64,000 bases of DNA from Gekko japonicus (taxonomy: Eukaryota): contig NW_015168652.1 in assembly GCF_001447785.1 (NCBI RefSeq), forward strand, positions 2,045,631-2,109,630, given 5' to 3'. The position numbers and the translations under genes were made by a program. The notes under the pieces were generated by a model. It was given only the letters and a program-made list of their open reading frames with translations, had not been told where the DNA came from and ran no database searches. Of the stretch, positions 46,470 to 58,416 are shown one piece after another (within the stretch, counting starts at the first letter, position 1; each line of letters starts with the position of its first letter).

Positions 46470-47470
46470 GCCCCGACCGTAGTGCACTCTGGGGTATGTA
46501 TGGAGAAAGGCGGTCCCTCAGGTATATTGGACTCTGGCCATATAGGGCTTTAAAGGTAAGTACCATCACCTTGAAGCGAATTCGGTATGCTGTTGGCAGC
46601 CAGTGCAGTGCCTTCAGCACAGGCCGGATGTGCTCCCATCTAGGGAGGCCCATCAAAAGCCTGGCCACAGCATTCTGCACTAGCTGCAGCTTCCAAATTT
46701 GCGACAAGAGCAGCCCCATGTAGAGAGTGTTACAGTAGTCTAATCTTGAGGTGACCATCGCATGGATCGTTGTAGCCAGGTTGTTGTGGTCGAGGAAGGG
46801 AACCAACTACCAAATCAGCCAAAGATGGTAAAAGGCCGACTTAGCAGTGGCTGCTACCTGGGCCTCCATGGTTAAGGAGGAATCTAGGAGCACTCCCAAA
46901 CTCCTCACCTCTGGCACTGGCACCAGTGGTGGCCCGTCGAAGGTCGGGAGTGGGATCCCCAGACCGCCCCGACTCAGGCACAGGACTTCTGTCTTCGTCG
47001 GGTTGAGTTTCAGCCGGCTCAGCTATGGGTTGCAATGCCTGGTCCAGATCTTCCGGACTGGAGTCCGACCGGCCACCCAGATCTGGATCCAGAGATGGTT
47101 TTTTCAAGAGCGAATGGACCATCGCTTCCTTGAGTGCCCCTGGGAACAGTCCCTCAGAGAGGTGTTAATAATATACATGAGGGCACCTCAGAATCCCTCA
47201 CGGCCAGCTTTAATTAGCCAGGAAGGGCACGGATCAAGGTTGCACGTGGTTGGGTGTACTGTCGAGAGCAATCTGTCGGCTTCCTCTAGGCTGAGTGGAC
47301 TGAAATAATCCAAAATCAGACTAGAAGACGTGCATGGAGCCTCGAGTTCACTTACTGTCTCAACTGTGGCGGGGAAATCGTGGCGGAGCGACAGGACCGT
47401 ATCTGCAAAATAGCTCGCAAAAGCCTCACAGCCAATATCCAATTCACTAGCGTTAGGTTTGCCAGGATAA
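46470..47470 (-). mobile_element. L2-type LINE ORF2 fragment with internal deletion
   Basis: PTTCNLDPCPSWLIK; VHSLLKKPSLDP; IHAMVTSRLDYCNTLYMGL...LQLVQNAVARLL...LHWLP..YRIRFK. Confidence 0.88.
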
Positions 47471-48046
47471 AGAAATTCCATTTTGCCCTTGTGACAGATA
47501 AAGTGGTGAAAATTGCCCTAGCAACAAAGGAGCCACTGAGTGCTCTGAACTAGCCTATTACAGCTGTAGACTGAGAGGCAGGAGTTAGTTAAGAACTGAC
47601 AGTTAATTTCATCAGTTGAGAGGTACAGTTTGTGTCCGTCTCTCTATCTATCTATCTATCTACCTACCTACCACTGCTCATATGGCTATCTCCTTAAGCA
47701 GAAGTTAGAACCAAAAATTCATTTAAAAGACCTTACTCAGTATTATTTCTCTTATATCTGATTACTGCACTTATGCATTTTGCCACTCATATTTTATTGT
47801 CTAAATTTATTTACTGGAATTCAATGTATCTTCTTAAATGTATTTATTATATACTACTATACCATTAAAGGTGTCTGAATCTGGCAGTAACAGGAGAGAG
47901 TTGGTTGAAGGGTTGGTGCAACATGAGAGTGAGCTAAGGAGAACTTTCTGCAAATTGGAATTGTCAGGAAATTGAGGGAAATACTGAATTACAGCTGATT
48001 GCTTTAGGTTGATAGTAGTATTTTAACCATGATGTAAAATAGTATC

Positions 48047-48265
48047 AGCCCTGACCTGGATGGTCCAGGCTAGCCCTGTCTCCTCAGATCTTGGAAGCTA
48101 TACAGTATTGGCCTTGATTAGTACTTGAATGGGAGACCACCAAGGAAGTCCATGGTTGCTTCACGGAGACAGGCAATCGCAAATCACCTCAGTTAGTGTC
48201 TTGCCTTGAAAATCCTACAGAGTTGCCAGAAGTCAACTGTGACTTGATGGCACTTTCCATCACCA
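48047..48265 (+). mobile_element. 5S-derived SINE (5S-Sauria-like)
   Basis: GCCCTGACCTGGATGGTCCAGGCTAGCCC...CAGATCTTGGAAGCTA...TTAGTACTTGAATGGGAGACC, then RTE-like tail. Confidence 0.8.
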
Positions 48266-48739
48266 AAATAATATTAAAAGCCTGTCTGGGAAAGGGTCCT
48301 CCTCACTTCAGTTTACCTCATCCCTTATAACAATCAGCCACAAGCTCTGGAAGGGATTTTTGTACCTAAGCCAGTATAATTATTCCTGCTGGAATTCCCT
48401 GGGACAGAGTAGGGATGGCAGGAAAATGACTGAAAATCCTTGGGATGGTGTCTAACCCCAGGGAACCATCACTGTTCTCCTCTGCCATCATCCAGAAAGC
48501 TAAATGCTGGTTAACCTCGGGCATTTCAATTCATTTGCACTTGCTTTTGTGCTTCTGTATGCACATCCATCCACACTTCTGCTCCCATTCCAAGTATAAG
48601 CGCCCAGAACAAAGCAAAACTAAATCAAAATCTCAGTGATTACAAACATCCTAACTATCATATCACTTTGCAAAATCACTTGTCTCAAATTTTCCCAAAG
48701 ATCTCTAAGCTCTTGGCAGCAAGGAAGTTATTAATATGA

Positions 48740-49140
48740 TTAATTCCTTACGCATTCCCATACCCACCCTTCTTACTGAGCTGTGCTTCTTTTTGTTTTG
48801 AGTAGCATTCCAGATCTGGGTCCCTCCCTGCTGCTTGCAGAGGTTTCTCTAGGCACATCTCCCAAAATAACAAGCAGAATTTTTTAGCAAATTGTATTTC
48901 TCTGGCAAATTGAGGAAATAGTCCATCTCTTTCTCTCTTGCTGCTCCTGAACTGGTTCTCAGGCCACTCCAACTCCAGCGCTGGTCTAATCTTCAAATGT
49001 AAATCATTCCACAAGTCCTTATCTAGAAGTATATTCTGCAAGGTCATCAGGGTTGATCCACCCAAACTAGATTATCATAACATGATGAAACTCAGAAATG
49101 AAGACGTTTCTCTCATAGCAAGCTGAGTTCATCCAGCAGA
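48740..49140 (-). mobile_element. Possible degraded Gypsy gag fragment
   Basis: FAREIQFAKKFCLLFWEMCL...AGRDPDL loosely resembles the retrotransposon gag pattern Y/F-x-x-E-F...W...F..GL.P; weak. Confidence 0.25.
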
Positions 49141-49410
49141 GCAAGGTTTCAAAATGAAGCTGATAGGCGCCCTGGTGTCTTTCAGCTACACAGCTCTACA
49201 GACATCTAGATAGCCTCTAACTAGAGATGGGCACAAACTGGGAAAATGCAGTTCGGTTTGTGGTTCGTGGTGTGCCCAGTTATGAACCTTTTGGCAGTAA
49301 TATAAATGGTAACAGCCCAAGACAACTAGTAAACCGGAAAACAGGCTGACACTCAGCGTTTAGGATGAAATGAAATACAATTTCTCCATTGTAACAATGT
49401 TATTTTATAA

Positions 49411-50185
49411 CTAGTAAGCAAAGCCCGTCGTGGCGGTAGACGACGGGCCCTAGATAGGAAAGATGCGCGAGTGGAAGGGAGGAATGGAGAAGAGGAGGTA
49501 GAGAGAGAGAGAGAGAGTTAGAAAGGGGGGAAAGAGAGAAAAGGGGGGAGGAGACAGAGTGGGGTTAATGTTAGTATTTTGGAAAGAAAGGAAGGAAGAA
49601 AGCTAGGAAGGAAGGGAGGGAGGAAGGAAGGAAGGAAGGAAGGAAGGAAGGAAGGAAGGAAGATAGGTAGAAAGACAGAGATTGAGAGAGAGTGAATGGG
49701 ACGAAGGATAGTTGAGAAGGAAGAAGGGCAGAGAAACAAAGAGAGGGGGGAAACAGAGTGAGTGAGAGAGAGAATGTTGGGAGGGGAGAGAGAGAAAAAG
49801 GAGGGGGGAGTGGACCGGTGGAGCGGACCGGTGGAGGGGACCCGGGCTGNNNNNNNNNNNNNNNNNNNNNNNNNNNNNNNNNNNNNNNNNNNNNNNNNNN
49901 NNNNNNNNNNTTTATGGCCGGAAGGCTGGCGGACGGAGCCTACTGGCTCCGTTCGCCGCTGTCCTGAATGTGGCCGGTTAGTTTATGGCCGGAAGAATTG
50001 CCCTCAGAAGACGCTGGCTGTGGGCTCCCTCCCCTCCCAGCCACCCAGCCAATGGCAGCCCAGATTCACTGAGGGAGCCAGTCATCGCAGGCAGCGTCTT
50101 CTGAGTGGCAATTTTTCCGGCCATACACTAACGGGGCGCATTTTAGAATTTTGGCACCCACTAGTCTTTTATTATAAGGGAGAGA
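49411..50185 (-). mobile_element. Non-autonomous Helitron (second family) with an internal (GGAA)n tract and an assembly gap
   Basis: Minus strand: A|TCTCTCCCTTATAATAAAAG ... 9-bp stem GCCCGTCGT/ACGACGGGC (49423-49448) ... CTAG|T; canonical TC/CTAG termini in an AT target. Confidence 0.85.
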
Positions 50186-50199
50186 TAGCTAATAACACA

Positions 50200-51060
50200 T
50201 CCACACTGTTACATATTCTGTCTTTCATATGCACACCCAAAATAAAAAAAAAAAGTGGGTTCAAAAGTAGAGGAAAAAAGTGGGTTGACGAAACTCCCCG
50301 GAGTTGATTTTCGTTTTGTTCACAACTTCATCTGAACATACTGAAGCACCTTATAAAATGACATAAGAGGTTATGCAATGCAATGCAATTATACATATGT
50401 TGAAGCTATTTTTATACAGCTATTTCTATTCAATAAAAAATTATTATAAGGCAATGTACCATGGTAGTCTCTCTTGCAAAGCTACTATTCATAGTGTCTT
50501 CACATGATATTCCATGCCATGATTTCAAATACTAGAATGTATCTACAAAGACATACATATAGTCACTCCATTGTTGCAATCTACATTTATACAAAAAGCA
50601 TTTTATAAAGTACATACACAAAGCATTATTACAAAAAACCTATTACAAAACTGTTTAAAGTTTACAACTCACCCTCATCCATTTTACTGGAGAATCTTAT
50701 CCTGGGCATACAAACAGATCAATTTGTCTTAACAGGTGTTCACGATGGACTGCTTATATCCTATACTCCCACTGAGTGCTTAAAGACAACCTTATACATT
50801 ATACGGTAACTTTTTGACAATTATTGCTCACATCTATATTAACAATAAATAATACAAAACCACTAGTCTACTTAGTTATTGCATATTTAATAATACAACT
50901 TTAATAATACAACTGGCTAAAAGCCTTGTTAAAATCTTCAAATATTATTAAAACTTCTGAGTCCCTGTGCTTACAACTTACACTGACCAAATCAAGCCAA
51001 AAGATCCCTGCATAACCTCTTATGTCATTTTGTAAGGTGCTTCAGTATGTTCGGATGAAG
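50200..51060 (-). mobile_element. Probable Penelope-like tail with an inverted 52-bp segment and a degenerate hammerhead
   Basis: 50326-50377 is the reverse complement of 51009-51060 (2 mismatches), no TSD; hammerhead-like fold on the minus strand at 50284-50337. Confidence 0.5.
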
Positions 51061-51342
51061 ATAAGAGCAAGGCCACAAACCGGTACTGAGTCAGAAAGCC
51101 GAGGGTTCCGTCCACAGGTCTGGGGAAACAAGGAAGACAGGGATTCAGAATCAAGGCTTGGGGTTCAATGGAACAGGCAAGGTCTTGGTTCCTAAACTGG
51201 AAAACAAACACAGGTTAGCAAAACAGGTTAGGCACTCCTTTGTCTCTCTCAAGCTGTCAAATGCATCTGACATCTCCTATGCTCAGCCGGCTCGGGAGAT
51301 TCAGGCAGTGAGTGGCAACCCTTGTCACCTGAGATGTCTTTT

Positions 51343-51608
51343 GAAGAAGAAGAACAGAGATTCACTACCCAAAGGAGTCTCAGAGCGGCTTATAAACTCC
51401 TTTCCCTTCCCCTCCCCACAACAGACACCCTGTGAGGTAGGTGGGGCTGAGAGAGCTCTGACAGAAACTGTTCTTTTTCAAGAACACTTCTGGCAGAACT
51501 ATGGCTTGCCCAAGGTCATCCAGCCAGGTGCAAGTGGAGGAGTGGGGAATCAAACCCGGTTCTCCCAGATTAGAGTCCATGCACTTAGCCACTACACCAA
51601 ACTAGCTC
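51343..51608 (-). mobile_element. Young Squam3B-like SINE
   Basis: Same family as 18862-19148. Confidence 0.85.
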
Positions 51609-51779
51609 CTTTTGCTGGCTCTGCCTCTAAATCTAGCTGTTTGGGCAGGCATTCCACCACTGCATGGCTTGACTTCTCCATTTCCCCATCCTCAGAAGAG
51701 GAGATGGTTGACTGGTTCATGACAACTGGTCACACAAGGCTGTCATCTGGCCAGATGTCACTTGCATGGCCCTGAGCCC

Positions 51780-52115
51780 TGAGTCCACCTAACACCCAAA
51801 CCCGAGCAGGGGAGAGAAGTTCACAATCAGGAGGGTATAAAATGTGGGTCCTCACTTAGCCAAGGCACCCAGTAGCTAAGCCCCACAACTCAGTGTAAGC
51901 AGACAGGTAGGGTAGCTCAGAGTCCTGAGTCCACCTAACACCCAAACCCCAGCAGGGGAGATAAATTCACAGTCAGGACGGAGGGTATAAAACGTGGGTC
52001 CTCACTCAGCCAAGGTTCCCAGTAGCTAAGCCCCTCTGCTTGGCGTGAGCAGAGAGACAGGGTAGCTCAGAGCCACCAAAACCCCAGCAGGGGAGAGTTC
52101 ACAATCAAGAGGGAA
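51780..52115. repeat. ~146-bp tandem duplication, ~2.3 copies
   Basis: TGAGTCCACCTAACACCCAAACCC..GCAGGGGAGA...GGGTATAAAA..TGGGTCCTCAC...CAGTAGCTAAGCCCC at 51780 and 51926. Confidence 0.8.
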
Positions 52116-54065
52116 TAAATGAATGTACTCTGCTAGTCTGCTTTTAACAAGTTCCCTGCCTCTCTGTGTAACTGCCAACAGCCAACAGAAGAGAGGCTGT
52201 GGAGCTGTGAGTATATATAGCATTCTGATCCCATTGAGCAGAATGGGAACTATGTTATTGGGAGCCAGCAGTGCCTGTTAAGCTTTGGAAGGGTCCTATT
52301 GCTTTTTCCAAGGCTGGAGAATTCCACCCCCACCCCCAACTTTGAAGTTTTTTAAACAGTTCAATTGAGTGAAGATAGTCTATCTGGAAATATACCCATT
52401 CACAAACAGCCATGAACAACACCAAAGTTTGTGAAATGTTTGCTCCGGGCACCCTTCCATGAACACCATTTCACAAACCACAAACCGGGGGGACTTGGCA
52501 AGCCTATCTGCAGAAGGTACATGGATTGCAGAACAGGCAGCTGAATACATTTTTTTTGAACTGGTCATTAATTGATCTGGGAATAACAAGAACCTGTCCT
52601 TGTTTAATTGCTGTGGGAAGGTGGCATTTTAATTAAATAAATACTTTAATAAATAGGAGCAGTATTAAAAATGATTGCAGCCTCTTGTAGTTCGGTTTCT
52701 AGTTTCTTCAGCTCTTTAATATATATTTTGTGAGAGGTGGTGTAAGTGATGACGAAGATAGATTTTAAGGATGTCCCACAAAATGAGCCTGGTGAATTCA
52801 TGCATAACATTGTAGTTAGGAAGTCTTTAAAATGGAGCTCCATTTCCTTTTTAAAGGTCAGGGAGTCCATGAGTGGTTGCTGGGGAGGAGGCACGGCTGG
52901 CACAGAGGAGGGTGATGATTGGGTATGCCCTTAGTTAGCATCCTGAGCTGCTAGGGTTCCTGTGGGTGTGGCCGCAGAAGTGGGGGGTGGAAGTATTTTT
53001 CACATACAATGGCCGCCTATGGGCTATGCCACCATTTTAATGGCACAACTCTGTGCCTGTTTTGAATGGTGTTCTTGTGCTGAAAGTGCTTAGGAAGCCA
53101 TCTAAATACAGCTATGTCCCCTGGAATGTCCACATGGGTGACAGCTGAATGGTGAAAAACAGTGAAACAGTGGTACTAGTGCCCCGCACCAGCATAACTG
53201 GCCCTTATGCCAACATAACTCAGATTTATGCTGGCATAAGGGTCAGTCGGTTCCCAGGGCCAATTCCTCCCTTAGGATTGCGCTGTTTGTTGATTAATTT
53301 TGTCTTAAGTTTGTGAAAAATGTAAACCATTTAACCATTTCAATGTAAAAGTTTATTTTGGAAGGGGAAAGGCCTGCATATTAAATAGATTTTTATTTTT
53401 ATTTGTAGCCTGCAGAATCAAATGCTATTCAGTTTCAACAAGTCACCTCCAAATTCTAGTCAGCTGGCATTGTGTACTGAAAACGGTATACTGCAAACAT
53501 TGCCACAGTTTGCTGTTATAGTTAAGCAGTAACTGAACTCTAGAAAATTGTAATCCAATATTTTCAATAATTAGAATCCAGGTGGATCTTGAGTTCCAAA
53601 TCAATAGTTCAGGTATCATTGAAGTGAAATATCCCTTAAATGAAACTATGAAGTTTTGAAATAAGGAATGCTATGTATGGCAAAGCAGGCAACAAATGAC
53701 AGATGATTTTGAACTGTTGTATATGTGGCCATATGCATGGGCAGACTTTGGCAGCCCCCCCTTCAGCATATGGTAACAGAATTGTGTGCATAATTGCTAC
53801 CCCTTGAACATTCAACCTGGACCCAAGCCAGATCCTGTTGTGAGCTTTAGGATGTACATGATGGACTCACATGTGACAATGTGAGCCTATCCAGGCATGG
53901 CTTTCCCTATGGCCACAGCATGCCGGACTAGGTCCAGACAGTGTGCTAGCTATTGACCTCAAAATAATTTACTCTATCAGTCCAATTCTATTAATGTTTA
54001 TTTAGAAGTAAATCCCACTGTGTTCAAAGGGACTTTCAAGTAAAGTATGCATGGTATTGTAGTCT

Positions 54066-54426
54066 AGTGCCCCGGTCACACGGGCCGGATATCGCGCACA
54101 GGGGGGGAGGCATGGCTAATTGTCCCGGTGCAGTTTGATCTGCGATTACGCAATCAGACATGCCGGCAGCACACCACGGATCCTTCCCTCGGCGCCGGCA
54201 GGTAAACGAGGGACCGGAGGGAATACCGTGCGCTGGCGCAATTACACCACGGGCGTCTGGAGGCAGCCCGTGGCAAACGTTTACTAGTACCTTGGAGGTA
54301 CTAGTTTTTTAACGCACATTGTCGGCAGTAAGCCAGGGGTGCGCTCCACTTCCCAGATGTTGGGGTGTGATTGTGCCCGGATAATCTGCCCACCATCCGT
54401 GCCTCTCCCGCGGCTGACCGGGGCCT
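54066..54426. mobile_element. MITE, possibly PIF/Harbinger type
   Basis: Inverted termini GCCCCGGTCACACGGG / CCCGCGGCTGACCGGGGC; CpG-rich interior; TSD unclear. Confidence 0.5.
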
Positions 54427-55049
54427 TGGTTTACCAATCTTCTTCAAGACTCCTGAGCTACTACTACCTGCATAAAAAGAAAAAAATTGGCAGGCAAAGC
54501 TATTACTATTACTGTTTTGTTTCCTTACCAGGAAAATATATTTTTGATAATTGTGGGCTTGTTTATGTTTGCAGGTGGTGTGCTTGATTCACACATTTTA
54601 CTGCCACATTCGAAGCCCTGCTCTGAAAATCGCAATCACATATAGAAAAAGTAACGCAAGCTGTGGCACACCCATGCAAATATGTGACATTCCCAAGCAA
54701 GGGTTCCATTCCCATATTATTCAGTTCCTTCACTTATGCTTGGAAGCAGAATCGAAGCAGTGTGCCCACATTAACATACTTCATTCACACAGTTGCACCA
54801 AGTATGCCACTTTGCTCAGAGAACTTTAGATGTTATGAATCAGGTCCAAGTCTCAAATCAATTTAGAGAATATATGCTGGTAGCTGTGGTGGCCCACAGC
54901 AAAACAATAAACCACTTGGTAACTCTAATTTGACTTCTGCTGCTCCTTTTGGAGGAGGAGTTATGCCTCTATTTTAGGCCTCCACTTTCCCCCTCCATAG
55001 AACAAGTACAAACAACGACATCATGTCGGTATAAAGTTCCATATCAAGC

Positions 55050-56350
55050 TTTCGTTTCAAGTGGTGGTGGAGGCGGGCTGTCATTCCGTGAACATCAAAC
55101 TCCCCGGGCTTGACCAAAATGGCCGTTTTAGGCCGCCACTCGCCTGCCGTTTCGGCGCGGGGGCTGCTGTGAGGGAACCGGGAAGCAAGGTGGCTGTTTT
55201 TTCTCGTCAAGGCAGGGGGCGGTAGTGAGCTCCTCGTGCCGTGAATAGGGCTGGGGCGCGGGAGGAAGAGACTCAGGAGCCAGGGTATCATCGCTCCGGA
55301 GGAGGTAGCGTGTGTGTCGCGTCCCATGGTGAGGCGCAGGGCGCTGTGGAGCTGCTGTTTGGGGCTCTTGTCGAAACCTTCAGTAGCCTGCGGGTGGCCG
55401 GTAAAGCAGCAGCGTGGCCGTAGTTGGAGAGCCAAGCAGCAGCAGGCGGAACCACCACCCGGGAGGACTCGCAGCCCGGTTATGGACGACGAGGAAGACG
55501 AAACCCCGCAGGAGAGGTGAGAGGCCGCTGCTTTGCAGGACATTTCCAGGGGGTGCTACAAAAGGCAAAGCACTCTAAAGCCGGACCCATGGCGGGAGTC
55601 CGCTGCATCGGAAACAAATGGGGATTGTAATGCGGGAGCGCCTAAAAAGACCTGCGAGGGTTTACCCCGTTCAGCTTTGATGGGCTTCGTCAGAAGCAGC
55701 GGCGAGGGTCTTCCTTAAACAGACATTTACACATTCTAGAATTATATTCATACATGCCAACAATAGTACACCGAGAACCGCCTGCCTCCGTGGCATCTGT
55801 CTCTAAGCGGGCTCTCTGGTCCATGGACATGGATGCAGGATTAAACCGGTGAAAACCTTCCAGGTGCCACAGCCCTCCCTGTCTCTTTTAGCTGAGATTG
55901 CCGATGGTGACGGCAGGTTGCTTGACTAGGGAAAAGGGTAGCCGATAAGGCAGCCAGTTTTACTTGCAGGTGCGTTGGTCTGCGTGCCAGTATGCGTTTA
56001 CTTTCAGGCGCGCGCACCAGTCGTCCCCCCCCGCCCCCCCGTTCCTTCTCTTGAGTTATCCCCTCCCCCGATTGCACCGTAACTCTCTGGGATGGCAGTC
56101 CTATTTCCGCCTCTTCATCCGCAGGGTTCAAAGGGCATCGTCACAAAGTGCGCTAACGGATGTTGACCCAAGGCGGGCCCCCCCCCCAGCGTGCCTCAGT
56201 GGCATTCACTCCCCATGAAGTTGTGCTATCGCGTGAAAGCCGCTGATCTGCGCGCGGAGCTTAGTCTTGAGGGAAAGCATACACGGAATGAGGCTGCAGT
56301 TTTAAACTGGAGCCTGCCTTGAGGTATTCGTGTCCTGCGTGAATGTTGCA
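55050..56350 (+). promoter_or_regulatory. CpG island / probable promoter and first exon(s) of the neighbouring gene (NAPEPLD expected by synteny)
   Basis: High GC/CpG, non-repetitive; CCGGAAG at ~55178 and GC boxes; plus-strand donor-like sites GAG|GTGAGA (55516/7) and CAG|GTGCGT (55969/70). Gene identity is inferred only from the vertebrate order NAPEPLD-PMPCB-DNAJC2. Confidence 0.55.
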
Positions 56351-57609
56351 GGATATAGAGAGATTGGAATGTGTTTTTGCTAGTGTAGAGTCTATTCACT
56401 TTAAAGATCAATGTAGACTTTATGTGAGCATGCCTGTCAGTTTTACAGTTGAAATGCGATTACAAAAACTGATTTTACACTTAAGTGAAAGTGACCTTAA
56501 CATGGGAATTGCAGATGTTAGAAAGGCAAGACTCTGGTTTATGTATTGCTTGCAGAAAATAGCTCAGGTTGATTAAATAGCCTTACTGCTTCCTGCCTCA
56601 ACTGGCTAGTGGATGGAGCCCCTGCCCATAATTTACATCCGTCACCCTAGTTGCCACCTCCCACTTCCCAGCCATCTGTTCTGTTTCATATATTTGCTGA
56701 AGTTCTAAGGCAAGGCAATAGGCTGACAGAGGGCTTTCTGTATCCTGAATTGTGTCTGAACTTGGGGAGAAGAAGGTGCATCCTTGCACCTCAGTGTCTT
56801 AGAAGATCAGACGATAATGCAGATGGCATTTAGGCTTTTCCTCAACTGTTGTGTTTGAAAACAAATGTAGGTGTGTGCTTGGGGTTTTTGTGAAAACCAG
56901 AAAACCAAACTGTTTGTACTGCAAATCAGTAGAGGGCTTGAGAACCAGGAGAGATTGGCTGGAACCCATCTCTGTGCCACAAAAGAGCTTAATCCTAGAA
57001 TCATTTCTGGTTTACTACAGTTTAGTAGTAATACATTCCTGTTTGAAATATCACTGCATGTTTTAGAGGGTTTTTTTTTAAATGAAAAAGTCATTTGTAG
57101 CACTCATCTCAGATTCTCTTCTTTAAAAAAAAGTATGAAGCTGTTAAAACATAAGCCTCCACTGCACCCAATCATTGCTCCCTGTCCTGCCTCTACAGGG
57201 GAGAGGTGTCATTTTTAACTGATGAATGAGACTCGATTGAAGAATGGAAGCCTGGCGCACATCAATTCAGTTGCTATAGTTTTAACCCTCTCCTTTGTTG
57301 ACATGGAAATGTGCTGCAGCAGTCTTCCAGAAGCTTGTTACATAACCCCCTCCTCCCAAATGTGTATGCCTTACTGTACTGATGACTTATTTAAAATTTG
57401 CACATAAAGGCAAAAATCCTGTATATGTGTATTTATGGTCACCGTGGATCTTCTATGGAAACCAAACCTAAAATTTAAGATGAAATGTGTAAAGTAAGCT
57501 CTGTTCAATAGCATAGCGTTTGTTAGAGTTGGCAACTGGCCCTCATTTTTTATTTGTCCAATGTGTCATACAACAAACAGCTTGCTAGCCAACTCACTTT
57601 AAATGAAGA

Positions 57610-57705
57610 TGGATAGCCATGTTAGTCTGTCTGTAGCAGTAGGAAAGAGTCCAGTAGCACCTTAACATTTGTGAAAGGGTATGAGCTTTCATGACTCACT
57701 TTACT
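57610..57705 (-). mobile_element. Degenerate Penelope-like tail
   Basis: TAGCCATGTTAGTCTGTCTGTAGCAGTAG..GAGTCCAGTAGCACCTTA...GGTATGAGCTTTC, as at 1200-1330. Confidence 0.6.
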
Positions 57706-58093
57706 TGGAATTGGATGTTTAGTGCAAAAAGAAAGAGCGTTCTGTCAATCTGATTTGCTTTGTTAATGATAAAATGCAAAGGAAAGTTTTGAATCTGAAT
57801 ATTAAAAACATTAATTAGCTTCTTTGTTCAAGGTACCACAGTTGTACATTCAGGGTGGCATATATTTTAATCTAGAAGGGTATATGCTACCTCCCACTTA
57901 GCTAACTGTCTCCATTTTTCATTGGGGCATATTTCTCAAACTTAATGAAAGCACATCCTCTTTTCAAACTTAATATATCTTCCCCAGGGTCCTCAGTGAA
58001 TTTCTCTGCCTGCCTCCTTTATGCTCTCTGCATCTTATTCATCTTTGTAGCTCCTATTCACTCTTACACACTCTCCTGCCCCTTTCTGTTACT

Positions 58094-58416
58094 AAAGGCA
58101 AAGGTTTTCCTTGCTTGAAAGCTAGTCGAATCTGACTCTAAGGGTGGTGCTCATCTCCATTTCCAAGTCGAAGAGTCAGCACCGTCCGAAGACGTTTCCG
58201 TGGTCATGTGGCCGGCATGACTAAATGCTGAGGCGCATTATCTTCCCACCAAAGTGGTACTTCTTTATCTACTTGCAATTTCTTGCTTGCGAACTGCTAG
58301 TTTGGCAGGAACTGGGTCCAGAGACGGGAGCTCACTCTGTCATGCGGCACTCGGGTCTTGAACTGCTGAACTACATACCTTCCGGTCTGCAGTTCAGCAT
58401 CTTAACCTCTGACTCC
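58094..58416 (-). mobile_element. Sauria SINE (Squam1)
   Basis: AAAGGCAAAGGT tail complement; GGTCATGTGGCCGGCATGACT, CTTCCCACCAAAGTGGTAC and GGGAGCTCACTC motifs characteristic of Sauria SINE. Confidence 0.85.

Noticed and set aside
54974-55543. 189-aa minus-strand ORF in the CpG island
   Set aside because: Expected by chance in GC-rich DNA; no recognisable domain.
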